DNA of 64,000 nucleotides from Octopus sinensis (GCF_006345805.1 NW_021834639.1:5661-69660); one strand, 5' to 3'. Counted from the stretch's first letter, positions 51,036-64,000 are shown. Made by a program: numbers and translations. Notes: a model not told the origin generated them from the letters alone.

Positions 51036-51534
51036 ATATATATTATATATATATATTATATATATATATATATTATATATATATATATATACATAGCAAA
51101 CTAGTTAAGAAAGTCTCTATTAGAGATGAAATCTAATGCTTATCGCCACCTAAACGCGCGTGTTCTTTAAGAAGTGACAATACTGCTATTTTAGCCTCAG
51201 GAGGACGCCTCCTTCAGCTGGTTATTCAGTGCACTTCGCACTCGATAAATATACTGCAAGCGGAGAGAGAAACGCCTACTGTTCTGTCTCAAAGACCACC
51301 ATATCTCGTTATTTCGATCTTATATAGATCATCTACGGTAATGGATATTCGTTTGCTAGACATAACAGTAGTTTAATCCAGCTTGAAATATGCATAAGAA
51401 CCAATGTCATACAATCACTGTTTTTTGCAACCAGCAAACTAATGTGTGTGTGTGTGTATGTGTGTGTACGAGTGAGGGGATAAATGAAAGGAAAAGGTAC
51501 TCAACGCATTTTGTAGGAGTTGGATATATTATAA

Positions 51535-51707
51535 TTTAAAGCAGTTTGATTCGGTTCCACGCGACCTAAAGTTTCCTGGGCTTCTTTACGGAACCCTAGG
51601 CTCAAATCACCAAATTAAATTCGATAATCTGAGCCTAAGCGAGCAAGGTTTCTATAAGAAGACTACGAAAGTTTAAGTCACAGGGAGCCGAATCGAGCTG
51701 TTTTAAA
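51535..51707. repeat. Imperfect 173-bp palindrome (old foldback/MITE or hairpin RNA)
   Basis: tttaaagcagtttgattcggttcc..ggaaccctaggctcaaatc pairs with gataatctgagcctaag..ggtttc..gggagccgaatcgagctgttttaaa. Confidence 0.7.
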
Positions 51708-51924
51708 TAACAACAATAATAATGATAATACTGATGACGATAATGACGATGATGATGATAGTAATTCACTCACACACGCGCGCCACGCAGACATATGTCT
51801 ATTCTAGCCTAGTGATTCCAGAACACCCATGGAGTAGTTATCCCTCTCCCTCTCCCTCTCTATGCCCAGCAATACAATTTATCGTTTCACCATCCAAATA
51901 TATCTGACTAGTTAAAGACGATAA

Positions 51925-52050
51925 TATTGGTTTCAAATTTCGGCACAAGGCCAGCAGTTTCAGGGCAGGCAGGTAAATCAAATTACAACGACCCCAGTAC
52001 TCAAGTGATATTTATTTCATCGACCCCCGAAAGTAGGAAAGTCAAAGATA
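51925..52050 (-). mobile_element. SINE family A 3' fragment
   Basis: ggtttcaaatttcggcacaaggccagcagtttc..gaccccagtactcaa..tttcatcgacccccgaaag. Confidence 0.7.
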
Positions 52051-53319
52051 ATCGTGTTTACAATTAAAATGTTAGAATATAACATGAGTCTTGTGACATT
52101 AATGACTGAAGGTTTTTTTTCCAGAATTGGTTTTCGTAAAAGTATAACGTATAACATAAGCCTTTCCCGATTTTGAACAAAAGTTAGGCACTATAAAATC
52201 TAGCAAACACTTCCATTGCTATTTCTTAAGAAAATTCCAACGAAGAACTGCTTGAAATGTTGTAGCTGTTTAATAATGTACTTACCATGCAACGATTGAT
52301 TGGAGCATGACATAAAACAACAGCAGTCATTTAATCATCAAACTTAAAACACCACCAATACCAACCGTTTCTTTTGATTGTGTATGTGTTATACACAAAG
52401 TAGTACTGAATGTATGAAGAATAACATGGGTTTTCACTCGTGAATGCACGAGCCGAGCAACTTTTCTGAGCATGTCAATTATTAGATAAATGTGTGATGT
52501 AATTTTATTGCTTTTGTTGTTTTTTAAGGGAGGAAGGCAACGAATCAAATCTCTCTGTGCTGGTGACTAATCATATTTCGATGTGTTTGCGAATACTTTT
52601 TTCCTTATAAGTTGTGCTGTTGCTCTACTTCAATCGTTTGGAATAATCGTTACATGGAACTCAAAGTTACTCTTCAAGAAACACACACACACACACACAC
52701 ACACACATAAATATATAACAATGTTGTGTAGCAACACATATGTATACGTGTATATACATATATATACATATACACGCGCATGCATAGGTATGTTGTTGCA
52801 CAACGTTAATTATACATTTATATAGCTACAAGCGACGGATCTTTACTGCATCTACGCCATCTTTTAGAATGTTGATCTTCTCCATACGAACACATACAGA
52901 CCTCCGCGCAGTTCACACACATCTACACACAGACAGACACGCATTGCCTACATACACATAGACAATCACGACATCACACTCGACATACAGGCCGTCACGC
53001 AACCTCAGTCAAACTATCCCTCGCACTTACATACAAACCACTACACACACAAACACACACACACACACATTTATATATATATATAGACACACATTTTGGA
53101 GTTGTGTAAGTATGCTACAATTTATTGAAGAAGACAGAAACAGTTCCAAGACGGTGTCCATATTTGAACACGTGGCAAGTTATATAATCTACAAAGAGGT
53201 GAATGCACCAACCAGCTTTAAGTTGTCGGCAAAGATCAAAGGAACAGAGAATTGTACCGCGATTAAATGGAATGTCTATCTAGAAGACTGCTTTAGGTTC
53301 ATTTTCAATTCTACTTTGG

Positions 53320-53400
<81 letters not shown>

Positions 53401-53668
53401 CTCCCTCTTCTCTCTCTCTCTCTCTCTTTATACACATACATGCATACATACATAAAAACATATATACCAAGACAGCTACTTAACACAAAAATACGACACG
53501 CACAAAACCCACACATTTATACATCAAACTAACCAACTACTTTGTATGTATGTATATATGTATGTATGTATGATTTTATTACGTATGTATTATGTATGTA
53601 CGAACGTACGTACGTACTACGTATGTACGTTTCTATGTACGTATGTTTGTATATATATATATATATAT

Positions 53669-53709
<41 letters not shown>

Positions 53710-53774
53710 CATTATATATACATATGTATGTGTGTATGTATATATATATATATATATATAGATAGATAGATAGG

Positions 53775-53839
<65 letters not shown>

Positions 53840-55050
53840 TGACAGACAGGCAGAACCTACCGACCGACCGACCAATCTTCCCATCTTATATCTTGCTTTC
53901 TAATAATTCTTTTATATCAAACAACATATCTTACAATCTATCTTTATAACTAACATTGATATTTATAATCTAACATTTCTGTATTATGGTTAAATTAAAT
54001 CTACATCATAACAATCTTAAATCGATCTTACACATGTCTTATATCTGTCTAATACGTATACTTACATCTAAATATTTTCTATGTGCGTGTATGTGGCTAT
54101 GTTTATGTGTATATATATATGAACACACACATATGTATGTATGTGTAATATGCATATATATATATATAAATTTGTGTATCTAAACGCCTGCTCCTTTATA
54201 TTTTGTTGTCTACATCCACTTATATATATATATAGAATATATATATTATATATATTATATATAATATATGATATACGTACACACACATATGTATGCATGT
54301 GTGTGTGTAATATGCATATATTTAATATATATACATTCGTGTATCTAACGCCTGTTCCTTTATATTTTGTTATCTATGTACATCCTCTTATATATATATA
54401 TAATATATATATATAGGATAAAATAAAATATATGCATACATACAAACATATATGTACGTACCTACATCTACATGTATATATACATGCATATATAAATAAT
54501 TATACGGAAGTACAGGACATCACCATAAGACGTAGAAACAGAAAAAGCCAAAAAACAAAAAACAAGAAAACGGAAACAAAACCAAATACAGGACAGGTTA
54601 CACAATGACAAAACCCCCGTCATCAGCTGTCGCTAGAGGAGTCAGGCATGTTTCGAAGGCATAACAGAACACTAATCCAATAGGCCTTCCTGCGAGAGAA
54701 TTAAAATAAAATTTCAAGCAGGCGGGGCACAATGAGTACGAACACAAACAAGACGTAACAATAAGACTGCAAATTAAAATACATGTACAAAAACAAACAC
54801 AAGAGGACGAACGAAAAAGCCTTTTTTTCTGGCATAGACAAAAACAATAAAACTGCAAAATAAAAATACATGTACAAAAAGTACAATTAGTTACAAAACG
54901 AGAAAATAACAGAATACTATATATATATATATACGTACGTATGTATGTATGTGTATATATTTTTGTATGTATGTTGTATGTATGTATGTATATATGTATG
55001 TGTGTGTGTATGTAGCTATAACTTTGTGCTTTTGAGTGCGTGCGTGTGTG

Positions 55051-55084
<34 letters not shown>

Positions 55085-55185
55085 ACGCTGTGCATTCTTC
55101 ACCTAGACTCAAAACCCAGTACTGTAACAGCCTGGCTTTCAAGGGTCCACAACTATTCAACATTTTGCCAAATAATCAGAGGTGT
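55085..55185 (+). mobile_element. CR1/L2-group LINE RT C-terminal fragment, same family as 33440-33795
   Basis: SPRLKTQYCNSLAFKGPQLFNILPNN versus KIRTQYCNSLVFKGPQFFDSLPQN. Confidence 0.75.
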
Positions 55186-55449
55186 CTTCAGCTCTGGTGT
55201 TGGGTGCGTGTCTTCTTTCTTCTTTCTTCTGTTCCCTGGCCTCTTCGATGTAGCGTCAACGAGTGTCAGCGGGAGACTGACTGTCCTGTCAAATTTCCCT
55301 TTGAATACCCGCTGCTAGGCACCAGCAGGCAGCCCCAGCAAGTTGTCACGTGACACTGTCCCAACTTTAACTGACCAATGAAGGCGCGTAGTCTTCATTG
55401 GTCAGCTAAACCCCAGTTAAGGTGGGGTTTAACGGAGGGGAAGAATTCA

Positions 55450-55872
55450 AATTGGTTTCAAATGTTGGACCAAGACCAGCAACTTTTAGTGGTGGCCATG
55501 GATTTAACGATAACAGCGACCCCAGTATTTGACTGGTACCTATTTTATCGACCTCGAAAGAATGAAAGGCAAAGTCGACCTTAGAGGAATTTGAACTCAG
55601 AATATAAAATGCCGGAAGAAATGTTGCTAAGCATTTTGTCCGATAAGCTAATGATTCTACCATCTGACTGCCTTGAGGTTTATACTGGTTTCAAATTTTA
55701 GCACAAGACCAGCAATTTCAGAAGGGGGGACTAATCGACCCTAGTTTTCAACTGGTATTTATTTTATCGATCCTGAGCTGGATGAACGGCAAAGTCGACC
55801 TCGGTGAACTTTGAACTCAGAACGTAAAGGAAGAAATATAGCTAAGCATCGAACAAATCTACCAGCTCACCA
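55450..55872 (-). mobile_element. Two tandem degenerate SINE family A copies
   Basis: Two runs of ggtttcaaat..accagcaa..tcgacc..ggcaaagtcgacc..tttgaactcag..gctaagcat. Confidence 0.75.
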
Positions 55873-56654
55873 TTTTGGGAAAAATTGATATTAGAACTCT
55901 GAAATGTTTGGCAATTCTAAGATGTATGCAAAATTGAGTAGTGTATAAATAGAGGAAGCAGAATATATTAGATTAATATTGAGAATTACATTCATCTAGA
56001 ATAACTTCAATATAAAATTAGGTGGGAGTAAAAGAAAAAATAAGTTGAGATAATGTAAATGAGTGCAGTAAGAAGTCAGTATTAATAATATGGTATTAAA
56101 TATTGGAGGTTTCTGAGATGGCAGTAAAAGAAAATATTAAAATGGTCAAAGAAAGTGAAATAACAGGGTGTGACGGGAAAAAATATTATGAAGAAAAATA
56201 CATAAATTATAGTAAAATGCGGGGTGGGTAGAGAGACTTGTTCAAATGTTGGAACTGTACTGACAATAGAATATGGCAAAAAAAAAAGGGAAATGTATTA
56301 CTCTTGGAAGACTGGCTGTCTGGGTGTGTGGTAGGAATTGGGGTGGAAATTAAAGAAATGAGAAGGTAATTAGTAATATGAAGGGAGTTTTGACGAAAAT
56401 TAATTATGAATAAATATAAATAAATTAGAGTGAAATAAGGTGGGAGCAAAAAGATGTTTCAATATTACGTATCGAAATGAAATGGCAACGAGATGAGAAG
56501 AAGATAATGAAGAACTGCACTGATGGAGATTGGAAAATGAGATCAGGTGAATTAGTAAGGAAAGAGATCGGAGGAAAAAAGGTAATAAGAGTATTATAGG
56601 AAGTATGAGCCTATATGGAGGGTAATGTGAAGATGCGTGGCTTAGTGGTTAAGG

Positions 56655-57228
56655 CAGAGTTTTTCAACCTTTTTACCCTTGCATAACCCTTAAAATAAAT
56701 TACGTGTCTCAAGGAACCTCTGCACAAAAAAAAAAAATTATATATCATATTTTTCTCATATTTTTTCATCGTAGTTCACGTGGTAAATGTCATATATATG
56801 TGTGTGTGTGTGTGTGTGAGGTGCAATGGCCCAGTGGTTAAGGCAGCGGACTCGCGGTCGTAGGATCGCGGTTTCGATTCCCAGACCGGGCGTTGTGAGT
56901 GTTTATTGAGCAAAAGCACCTAAAAGCTCCACGAGGCTCCGGCGGGGGGGGGGGGACAGTGGCGATCTCTACTGTACTCTTTCGCCACAACTTTCTCTCA
57001 CTCTTTCTTCTGTTGGCCTGCTCGCTTAGCCAGCGAGGTTGCGTCATTTGAAGGCTAAAACAATGCGAAGCGCATTGTGACCAGCAACATCTGATAGCCT
57101 GGTCGGTCATGTGATCACGTGATATATATATTGAAATTAGCATCAGCTATCTCACTCCTTCTCGCGGGATCCTTAGGAAACTTTTGCAGAACCCTAGGGT
57201 TCCGGGAAACCCCGATTGAGAAACGCTA
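56655..57228. mobile_element. Non-autonomous hAT (Charlie-like) element
   Basis: Termini CAGAGTTTTTCAACC and GATTGAGAAACGCTA; internal gaaccctagggttcc motif; no clear TSD. Confidence 0.6.
56818..57122 (+). mobile_element. tRNA-derived SINE family C', innermost insertion
   Basis: A box TGGCCCAGTGG, B box GGTTTCGATTCC, tail catgtgatcacgtga. Confidence 0.85.
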
Positions 57229-59012
57229 TTCGGTGCACGATTGTAAGTTCGTGGAAGTTCAATGGGTCAGCCTTGACATAATCGGTCTGTCACGCTGAAT
57301 CTCCTCGACAACTACGTTAAGGGTTGTTTGTGTCTGTGAAGTACTCAGCCACTTGCACATTAATTTCACGTGCAGGCTTTTCCGTTGGTCGAATCAACTG
57401 GAACCCCCATCGTCGTGACCGACAGAGTGATTGTTAAATGGACAGTAAATACAGAGAATGATAGATGGCCCAGAGAGAATGTAGGGTGTGAGATGTATAT
57501 GAAGGGAATCCTGATGAGGACAAGCGTAATGGTGGATAAGAGATATGTTCGTATGCTTATAAAGTATCCTTAAGAACCACTTTCTAGAGGATATTTTTCA
57601 AGTGGTTGAAGCGTTTCTTGTGTGTGCAGTTTAAAGATTCAAAGTTCTTGACTGACGCCGAGAATGTGGGCTCCACTAAGATTGACGTCGACAGTTATTA
57701 TTCATCCTAAGAAATTGAAATAAAATTGTGCAAATTTTCCTTTTTGTGAGTTTGCTTCTGGTTTCTAGGTTTTAGACATTTAAGCTTTATTTGCCCATCG
57801 TCTCGATAAAAGCCGCCTTCCACGTGTCAATTTTAGATTGTATGGAATATACAAACAAACAAGTTTACTCACTTCTGCCGTATCGTTTACCCCGATGCGG
57901 ACATTGAATGGTGTGTTAAGATGTTTGTTAATCAATATAGGTTTGATAAACCTAATGGGCCTTTGTCGGGCATGCTAGATTATTTGAATTTGAGAGTCTT
58001 TTATAGAAAGGATAGCGGATTTCTTTTAAGGAGAAGTTTTGTTATAGAAGCTTAGAAGTGTTGAATATCGAATTGCAGAAATGTAATTCTATTTTTAATT
58101 TTTATACACAGCTCGCCGTCTTTTGCGACATCATTGACTACTGTCTAGTTAATGTTAAACCATTTCGATTTGAAGGATTTCAATCTTGCATTCGTCGGTG
58201 TCTGGGTTCCTGTTGCTGGTGATGCACAAGTAACACTGAAATCATGTGATGCAGCAGTCCCAACCGCTGGTGATGACGAAATTTCGTCAGCCGATATCAC
58301 TACATATTTTAGCACCTAATATATAATCCGAGATGATTTCTAATGACGACTACTGCAGTTTATGAACCCCTTATGGTCTCTTTATGGACTCCCAAAATCT
58401 TCTTCCCTTATGGACTCCCAAAATCTCCTTCCCTTGCAAATAGCTTCTTTGTTCGTCACACAAGTCAACAATTTTTAATGAAAACAAATGAGCCTAACAG
58501 TTTTCTCCACCAAATCATTATACCAGCTTTACACTCCATATTTTGTGGACTTTTTATTGATTGTGGTTAATTTCGCTGTTATTAACACATACTTTAAATT
58601 TCATACATATATACACATGCATACAAACATACAGACAGGCAAAAAGGCAGACGTATATACATATATACATACACACATACACACTCATATATATATGTAA
58701 ACAGATTTTAAACACAACCGCAGAAATGAACTCAGCAAGAATCTCAGCCTTGCTCTACAGGATCTGGGAAATTACGACCACAACGTGACTTGTAAAATCG
58801 ATAGAAGCAACTTGTTTGTTATTATGGTAATATATTAGGAAAACAAACAATATTATAAATGATGTCAACAAATTGGTAAATTAAGAATGAGGATACTGAT
58901 CAATTAAATAAGAGCTTCCTCTCTCTCTTTTACTCTCCTCTCTCTCTCTCTCTCTCCTCTCGCTTCTCTCTATATATATATATATATATTATATATATAG
59001 ATATACTATAGT

Positions 59013-59408
59013 ACAGCAGTATTTCCCGGCGTTGCTCGGGTTTGTTTCGACCCTCAGAATTGGAATTTTTGAAAAGTTAAAATTTTGTATTATGTAACTT
59101 GTTATTCTCTTTAAGTGAACATTTTTCTGGTTGAAATACACCGAAAAATGGCGACACACCAGACAAAAAAATCGTAAAAAATAGGGATTTTCATAGAAGA
59201 AAAAAGCACCTTTTTGATGTATATAATTTTTGGTGTTAACATGGTCCGATTTGAATTTTTTCTTCTATGGAATGAAGAGCAAACCTTCTTCTATCATACC
59301 CTCAATTTTGGTCAACTTGTACCGCAGGGTCTCGGAGGAGATAGTGTTAGTTGAAGCCTACCAAACCTGCCACACACAGACAACTTCAGCTTTATATAGA
59401 GAGAGAGA
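59013..59408 (-). mobile_element. Non-autonomous Helitron
   Basis: Minus strand starts A|TCTCTC..TATATAAAGCTGAAGTTG and ends with hairpin CCCGAGCAACGCCGGG then AAATACTGCTGT (variant of the CTAG end). Confidence 0.8.
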
Positions 59409-59425
59409 TATATAAGAGCGTGTGT

Positions 59426-59706
59426 GAAGTCGCATGGTTTAGTGGTTAGGCTGTTACACTCACGATCGCTAGATCGTGGGTTCGATTCCCATACCGAGCC
59501 GGTGTGTTGTGCTCACGTTGCTCCAGTTCACTCAGCTGTAAATGGGTACACACCCTGCGACCGACCAGCTTCCCGATCAAGGGGAATGTTAACCGGTTCG
59601 CCTAGCCAGTGGAGTGGCATCATTCGAATGCTAAAACAATGCAAAAACGCATTGTGACTAGCGATGTAAAACAGCATCCGATAATCTGGCCGATTACGTG
59701 ATCACG
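59426..59706 (+). mobile_element. tRNA-derived SINE family C
   Basis: gcatggtttagtggttagg (A box), gtgggttcgattccc (B box), cactcagctgtaaatggg, tail gattacgtgatcacg. Confidence 0.8.
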
Positions 59707-59878
59707 CAATAGCAACACGTACACACACACACAAGCACACATACATACACACACACACACATATATATGCAATAACATATGTATGCATTACTCCCGCTAA
59801 TCTCAAAAATGATTATTTGTCCTCTTCCAGTACCCTGAAGGAGAGTTTAACCCTGCCTGTCGCCCTAGAGCACTGTTA

Positions 59879-60100
59879 CATCATCATCATTGTTCGACCG
59901 TGGTCGAGACAGTGGAATTTACCATGCTACGCCAGACTTCACGGTCCATCATGGCATTACGGAGGTCCTGTTGCTGGGTGCCTGTATCCCTGGAGATTAC
60001 ATCAGGGTAGGAGAGTGTGCGCCCTCTGGTATTGCGAGTAGATGGCTTCCAGAGGAGAAGAGTAGAAATTACCTCTTTTTCAGCTCTGTTACATCACATA
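59879..60100 (-). mobile_element. RTE-type (RTE/RTE-X) LINE 3' end with (GAT)n tail
   Basis: Uninterrupted minus-strand frame CNRAEKEVISTLLLWKPSTRNTRGRTLSYPDVISRDTGTQQQDLRNAMMDREVWRSMVNSTVSTTVEQ* running straight into (GAT)n. Confidence 0.85.
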
Positions 60101-60481
60101 AAACGCATAAACCTCTCCAAACCCAAATCTCTCAAATCATTGCACCAACTTATATAACCGTCAAATAACTCGGCGTATCTCGCAAGAAATATATATCAGA
60201 GAATCATAGCATGTGGTCCTCAGATGATTTCCTTAAACTGGGAACCAACGAAGATGTCAACATTTCCACCATGTATGTAGAAAGTATTTGAACCAAACCA
60301 TTGGTATAGTATTAGACAAGATTTATATATTCAGACCATTATTAAAAAAAACAACAACAGAAGCTCTAAATATACAAAGAGACATCATTAAAACGTTGAC
60401 CTACACAGCTGCCAGACAACCTAAGCACTTCGAGGACGGGTTTCCTTGCTGGAGCTCACAAACAATAGGAGAAGAGGGGGA

Positions 60482-60525
<44 letters not shown>

Positions 60526-60739
60526 GAGTGGGTAGGAGATAGACAAGCAGAGACAGTGAGTGAGACCAATACAAGAAATAAATACATAAATATAACGAAA
60601 ATATTTCTTTTGTGCACCGCAATTAGTTGAGAAATTAAGGATACCTTTTAAAAATCGGTTTTATAATTATATATATATATAAACATACACACACCACATA
60701 CATATGTTATTCTAAGTCTTCTTTCTCATCCTCTCTCTG

Positions 60740-60741
60740 TA

Positions 60742-60773
<32 letters not shown>

Positions 60774-60808
60774 TATATATATTATATATATATATATATA
60801 TTATATAT

Positions 60809-60840
<32 letters not shown>

Positions 60841-61150
60841 TATATTATGTATGTATATATATACACATATATACACATATACATACTCACATATGCATAC
60901 ATATACACATATATAAGATATATATAAACACATGTAAAATGTACGTGTATATATGTGTGTGCGTGTATATGTGTGTGTGTGTGAGTGTGTACATTTCTCC
61001 TTGTACGTGTATATGTGTATGTGTGTATGACGTGTGTAATGGAGGACTCCTCTGCAGACAAAATGAGTCAGTTAAGGTAAATTGATACGAATATGTTTGG
61101 CGACTCTTTCTAATCGATAATAGATATAGACACATACATGCGCGAGCGCG

Positions 61151-61191
<41 letters not shown>

Positions 61192-62260
61192 GCACTACAC
61201 GCAAGTATATACACACACACACACACACACATGCAGACGCCATCACACGCAAGCATACACGCGCGCGCAAGCACACACACACACATACACACACCACACA
61301 CAAACACACAGATAGACAGATACATGCACATGTACACACACACACACACACACATACAAACACACATACATGCATGCACACGCTCATGCACAGACGCGCG
61401 TGTTCACATACACACATACACATAAGCGCGTGGAAACAGACGCATATACATCTATACGCGTGCAGCTAGACAGACAGGCAAACAGCCAAACACACACACA
61501 CACAAGCAGACACGCATCTACATACATACTGACACACACACATACGCAAACATATATATATATATATATATACGCATATACTGTCAAATGTACAGACGTA
61601 CGCACACATATACACACACACACAGCTAGACGAATGCACATTCACTGATATCTTAAAGTACACTAACATGTTAACACATATACATACATATACACACGCG
61701 CGCGCATACACACACGCACAAACGCGCGAACACACACACATATAGACGAAGAAACATATATATATAGACACGCACATTCAACTAGACAGACACACACTCA
61801 AATAGACAAATAGACAAACAGACACATAGATACACACACGCACGCATACACACACGCACACACACACACACTCAGACAAACAGGCACAGATACACACACA
61901 CACATACAGTTATACAAACACATACAGATAGAGAAACAGGCACATAGACGCATACACATACACACACTCACACACGCACGCACACACATTCACAGTTATA
62001 CAGACACGCACACACATGCACACACACACATACATAGCTACACAGACACACACACACACACAGCTATAGAAACACATACAAATAGACAAACTGGCACATA
62101 GACAACACACACACACACACACTACACACACACACACACACACACATGCACAGTTATACAGACACGCACACACATACACCGCTACATAGCCACACATACA
62201 CACACACACACACACACATACACACACACATCAGCTAACACACTAACACATTAACACACA
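60740..62260. repeat. Long (TA)n/(CA)n mosaic
   Basis: Directly visible. Confidence 0.9.
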
Positions 62261-63126
62261 TACACAACTAAGCTCGCTGATTGGTCGATCACAAAGGTGA
62301 GTCATTTAAATATGTAGGTCAAATATTTGTCATCACAACTATTTCTCATTTAGCGTATTGTCGTTTCCGATAAATGGCGGCTGCGTTGTTACCGCCGACG
62401 TTCTTGTTGTTGTTGTTGTTGTTGCTGTTGGTGGTTGTAATGGTGGCGAGGGGTGATAATGGTATGCTGTTGGTGCTATGGTAAAGTGGTGGTATGACGT
62501 AGTGGTACGTCTGGTGCGACTGTGGCAGTGGACATGGTGTTCAAAGCAGACATAATATGGCGGTCCTGAAGTAAAGCTGTGGAGATGGTCATGTCATGTG
62601 ATAATAGATTATATACATACGCATATACACATACACATATACATACATGTATACATATATACATGTACACTCAAACATACATACACACACACGTACACAC
62701 ATACATTCACACATATATATATATACATACGCATACATGCATACACACATACATAAACATACATATACATACACATGCACACACATACGCATACATACAT
62801 AAATGCACACACACATGCATACACACATATACACATACACAGACATGCACGCATGTACACATGTACATACCTATATATAATATATATATATATATAATAT
62901 ATTATATATATATATATATATATCACATACCGCACAGACACAAAGAATTCTACAAATTCCAGGCTATTGAGGCAGATTTCAAATACAATCTGTAAACGGA
63001 AGAAGAAAAATATGCAAAACTTTTCTCAAGTTTAACACGTGACATTGTTTTCGTGATCAACATTCCATCGATTGAGCTTTTAATGTTTGTAAGAATCCAG
63101 CTTCTTTCTCAGAGCAAGAATTTCAA

Positions 63127-63462
63127 TCTCTCTATATATAAAGCTGAAGTTGTCTGTGTATGGCAGGTTTGGTAGCCTTCAACTAACACTTTCTCCTCCG
63201 AGACCCTGCGGCGCAAGTTGACCAAAACTGAGAGTATGATAGAAGGTTTGCTTTTCCTTCCGTGGAAGAAAAAATTCAAATCGGACCATGTTAAGACCAA
63301 AAATTATTTATATCAAAAAGGTACTTTTTTCTATGAAAATCCTTATTTTTTACGAATTTTTGACGCCATTTTTCGGTGTATTTCAACCAGAAAAAGAGAA
63401 TAACAAGCTACATAATACAAAGGGTCGAAACAAACCCGAGCAACGCCGGGCGATACTGCTAG
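63127..63462 (+). mobile_element. Non-autonomous Helitron with canonical termini
   Basis: A|TC 5' end, subterminal GC hairpin CCCGAGCAACGCCGGG, 3' CTAG|T; homologous to 59013-59408 with an internal deletion of about 60 bp. Confidence 0.88.
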
Positions 63463-63811
63463 TAATTGAAAAACAGAAGAAAACATACATTCGTATTTGC
63501 ATATGGATATGGATGGATGGATGGCTGGAAGAATGGATGGATGGATGGACGGACGGACGGATGGAGCATATTGTTATGTGAGAAGAGATAGGTGACCCTC
63601 GCAATCTTCTTTCCAAAGCCTTTGCGATTGGTGCCAGTCTTGCTTCGTTTAATCTGTTGCAAGTAGACATTTGTGGGAAAGACATAAGCAGCAAGGATAT
63701 TCTGGTAGACCGAGATTTTTTGGGGGAAAGAATTAAGACTAGTGGTAGTGGGGGTGGGGGCATAAGATGAAGTGGATACAACAATGAATGTTGTAAGATA
63801 GTGAGATGAGT

Positions 63812-64000
63812 GAAGGCGGCGAGCTGGCAGAATCGTTAGCGCGCCGGGCGAAATGCGTAGCCGTATTTCGTCTGCCGTTACGTTCTGAGTTCAAATTAAG
63901 CCGAGGTCGACTTTGCCTTTCATCCTTTCGGGGGCGATTAAAAAAAGTACCAGTTACGCACTGGGGTCGATGTAATCGACTTAATCCATTTGTCTGTCCT
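63812..64000 (+). mobile_element. SINE family A, runs off the window
   Basis: gaaggcggcgagctggcagaatcgttagc..ctgagttcaaatt..gtcgactttgcctttcatcctttcgggg. Confidence 0.9.

Larger units (their letters stand above)
56629..57425 (+). mobile_element. SINE family C split by a hAT-type MITE (outer layer of a nest)
   Basis: Head gaagatgcgtggcttagtggttaagg (56629-56654) resumes as ttcggtgcacgattgtaag.. (57229) and continues to the core ending gtgaccgacagagtg. Confidence 0.7.

Noticed and set aside
51150-51256. Minus-strand exon after a good acceptor (tttctctctccgcttgcag)
   Set aside because: Stops in all three frames and a poor donor.
55950-56620. Purine-rich degenerate LINE-like sequence (also 57430-57760)
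   Set aside because: Only vague motif resemblance; could not be assigned.
56818-56890. tRNA gene
   Set aside because: A and B boxes are present, but no closed acceptor stem could be drawn and the sequence continues into a SINE body seen elsewhere (27361-27630). The same applies to the other SINE heads.

Overview
This is eukaryotic, AT-rich, extremely microsatellite-dense non-coding DNA (intron or intergenic). The repeat families look like those of an octopus/coleoid cephalopod genome; this is inferred from recalled repeat sequences and SSR density, not from a search. No host protein-coding gene can be identified with confidence. Almost all supplied ORFs are simple-repeat read-throughs. The recognisable protein-coding sequence is all transposon-derived: a full-length but disrupted DD34D mariner with TIRs (43957-45249), a 5'-truncated mariner, a Helitron PIF1-helicase remnant, Penelope-like, Gypsy gag, R4/Dong, RTE-type and CR1/L2-group LINE fragments. 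Between these lie about 30 tRNA-derived SINE copies of at least three families, two non-autonomous Helitrons and several MITEs/foldbacks, some nested. The most interesting observations are: (i) head-to-tail SINE multimers sharing one junction at three separate loci; (ii) a complete minimal hammerhead-ribozyme topology with a core variant; (iii) a SINE/LINE pair sharing a 3' end; (iv) a young GG-ended MITE with an 8-bp TSD inside a SINE; (v) a triple AGACCACGTGA E-box cluster, an ETS+CRE module and a CTCF-like site; (vi) a few weak exon/micro-exon candidates. Nothing here can be claimed as a new biological system from sequence alone. Many repeat boundaries are approximate (about +/-10-20 bp).
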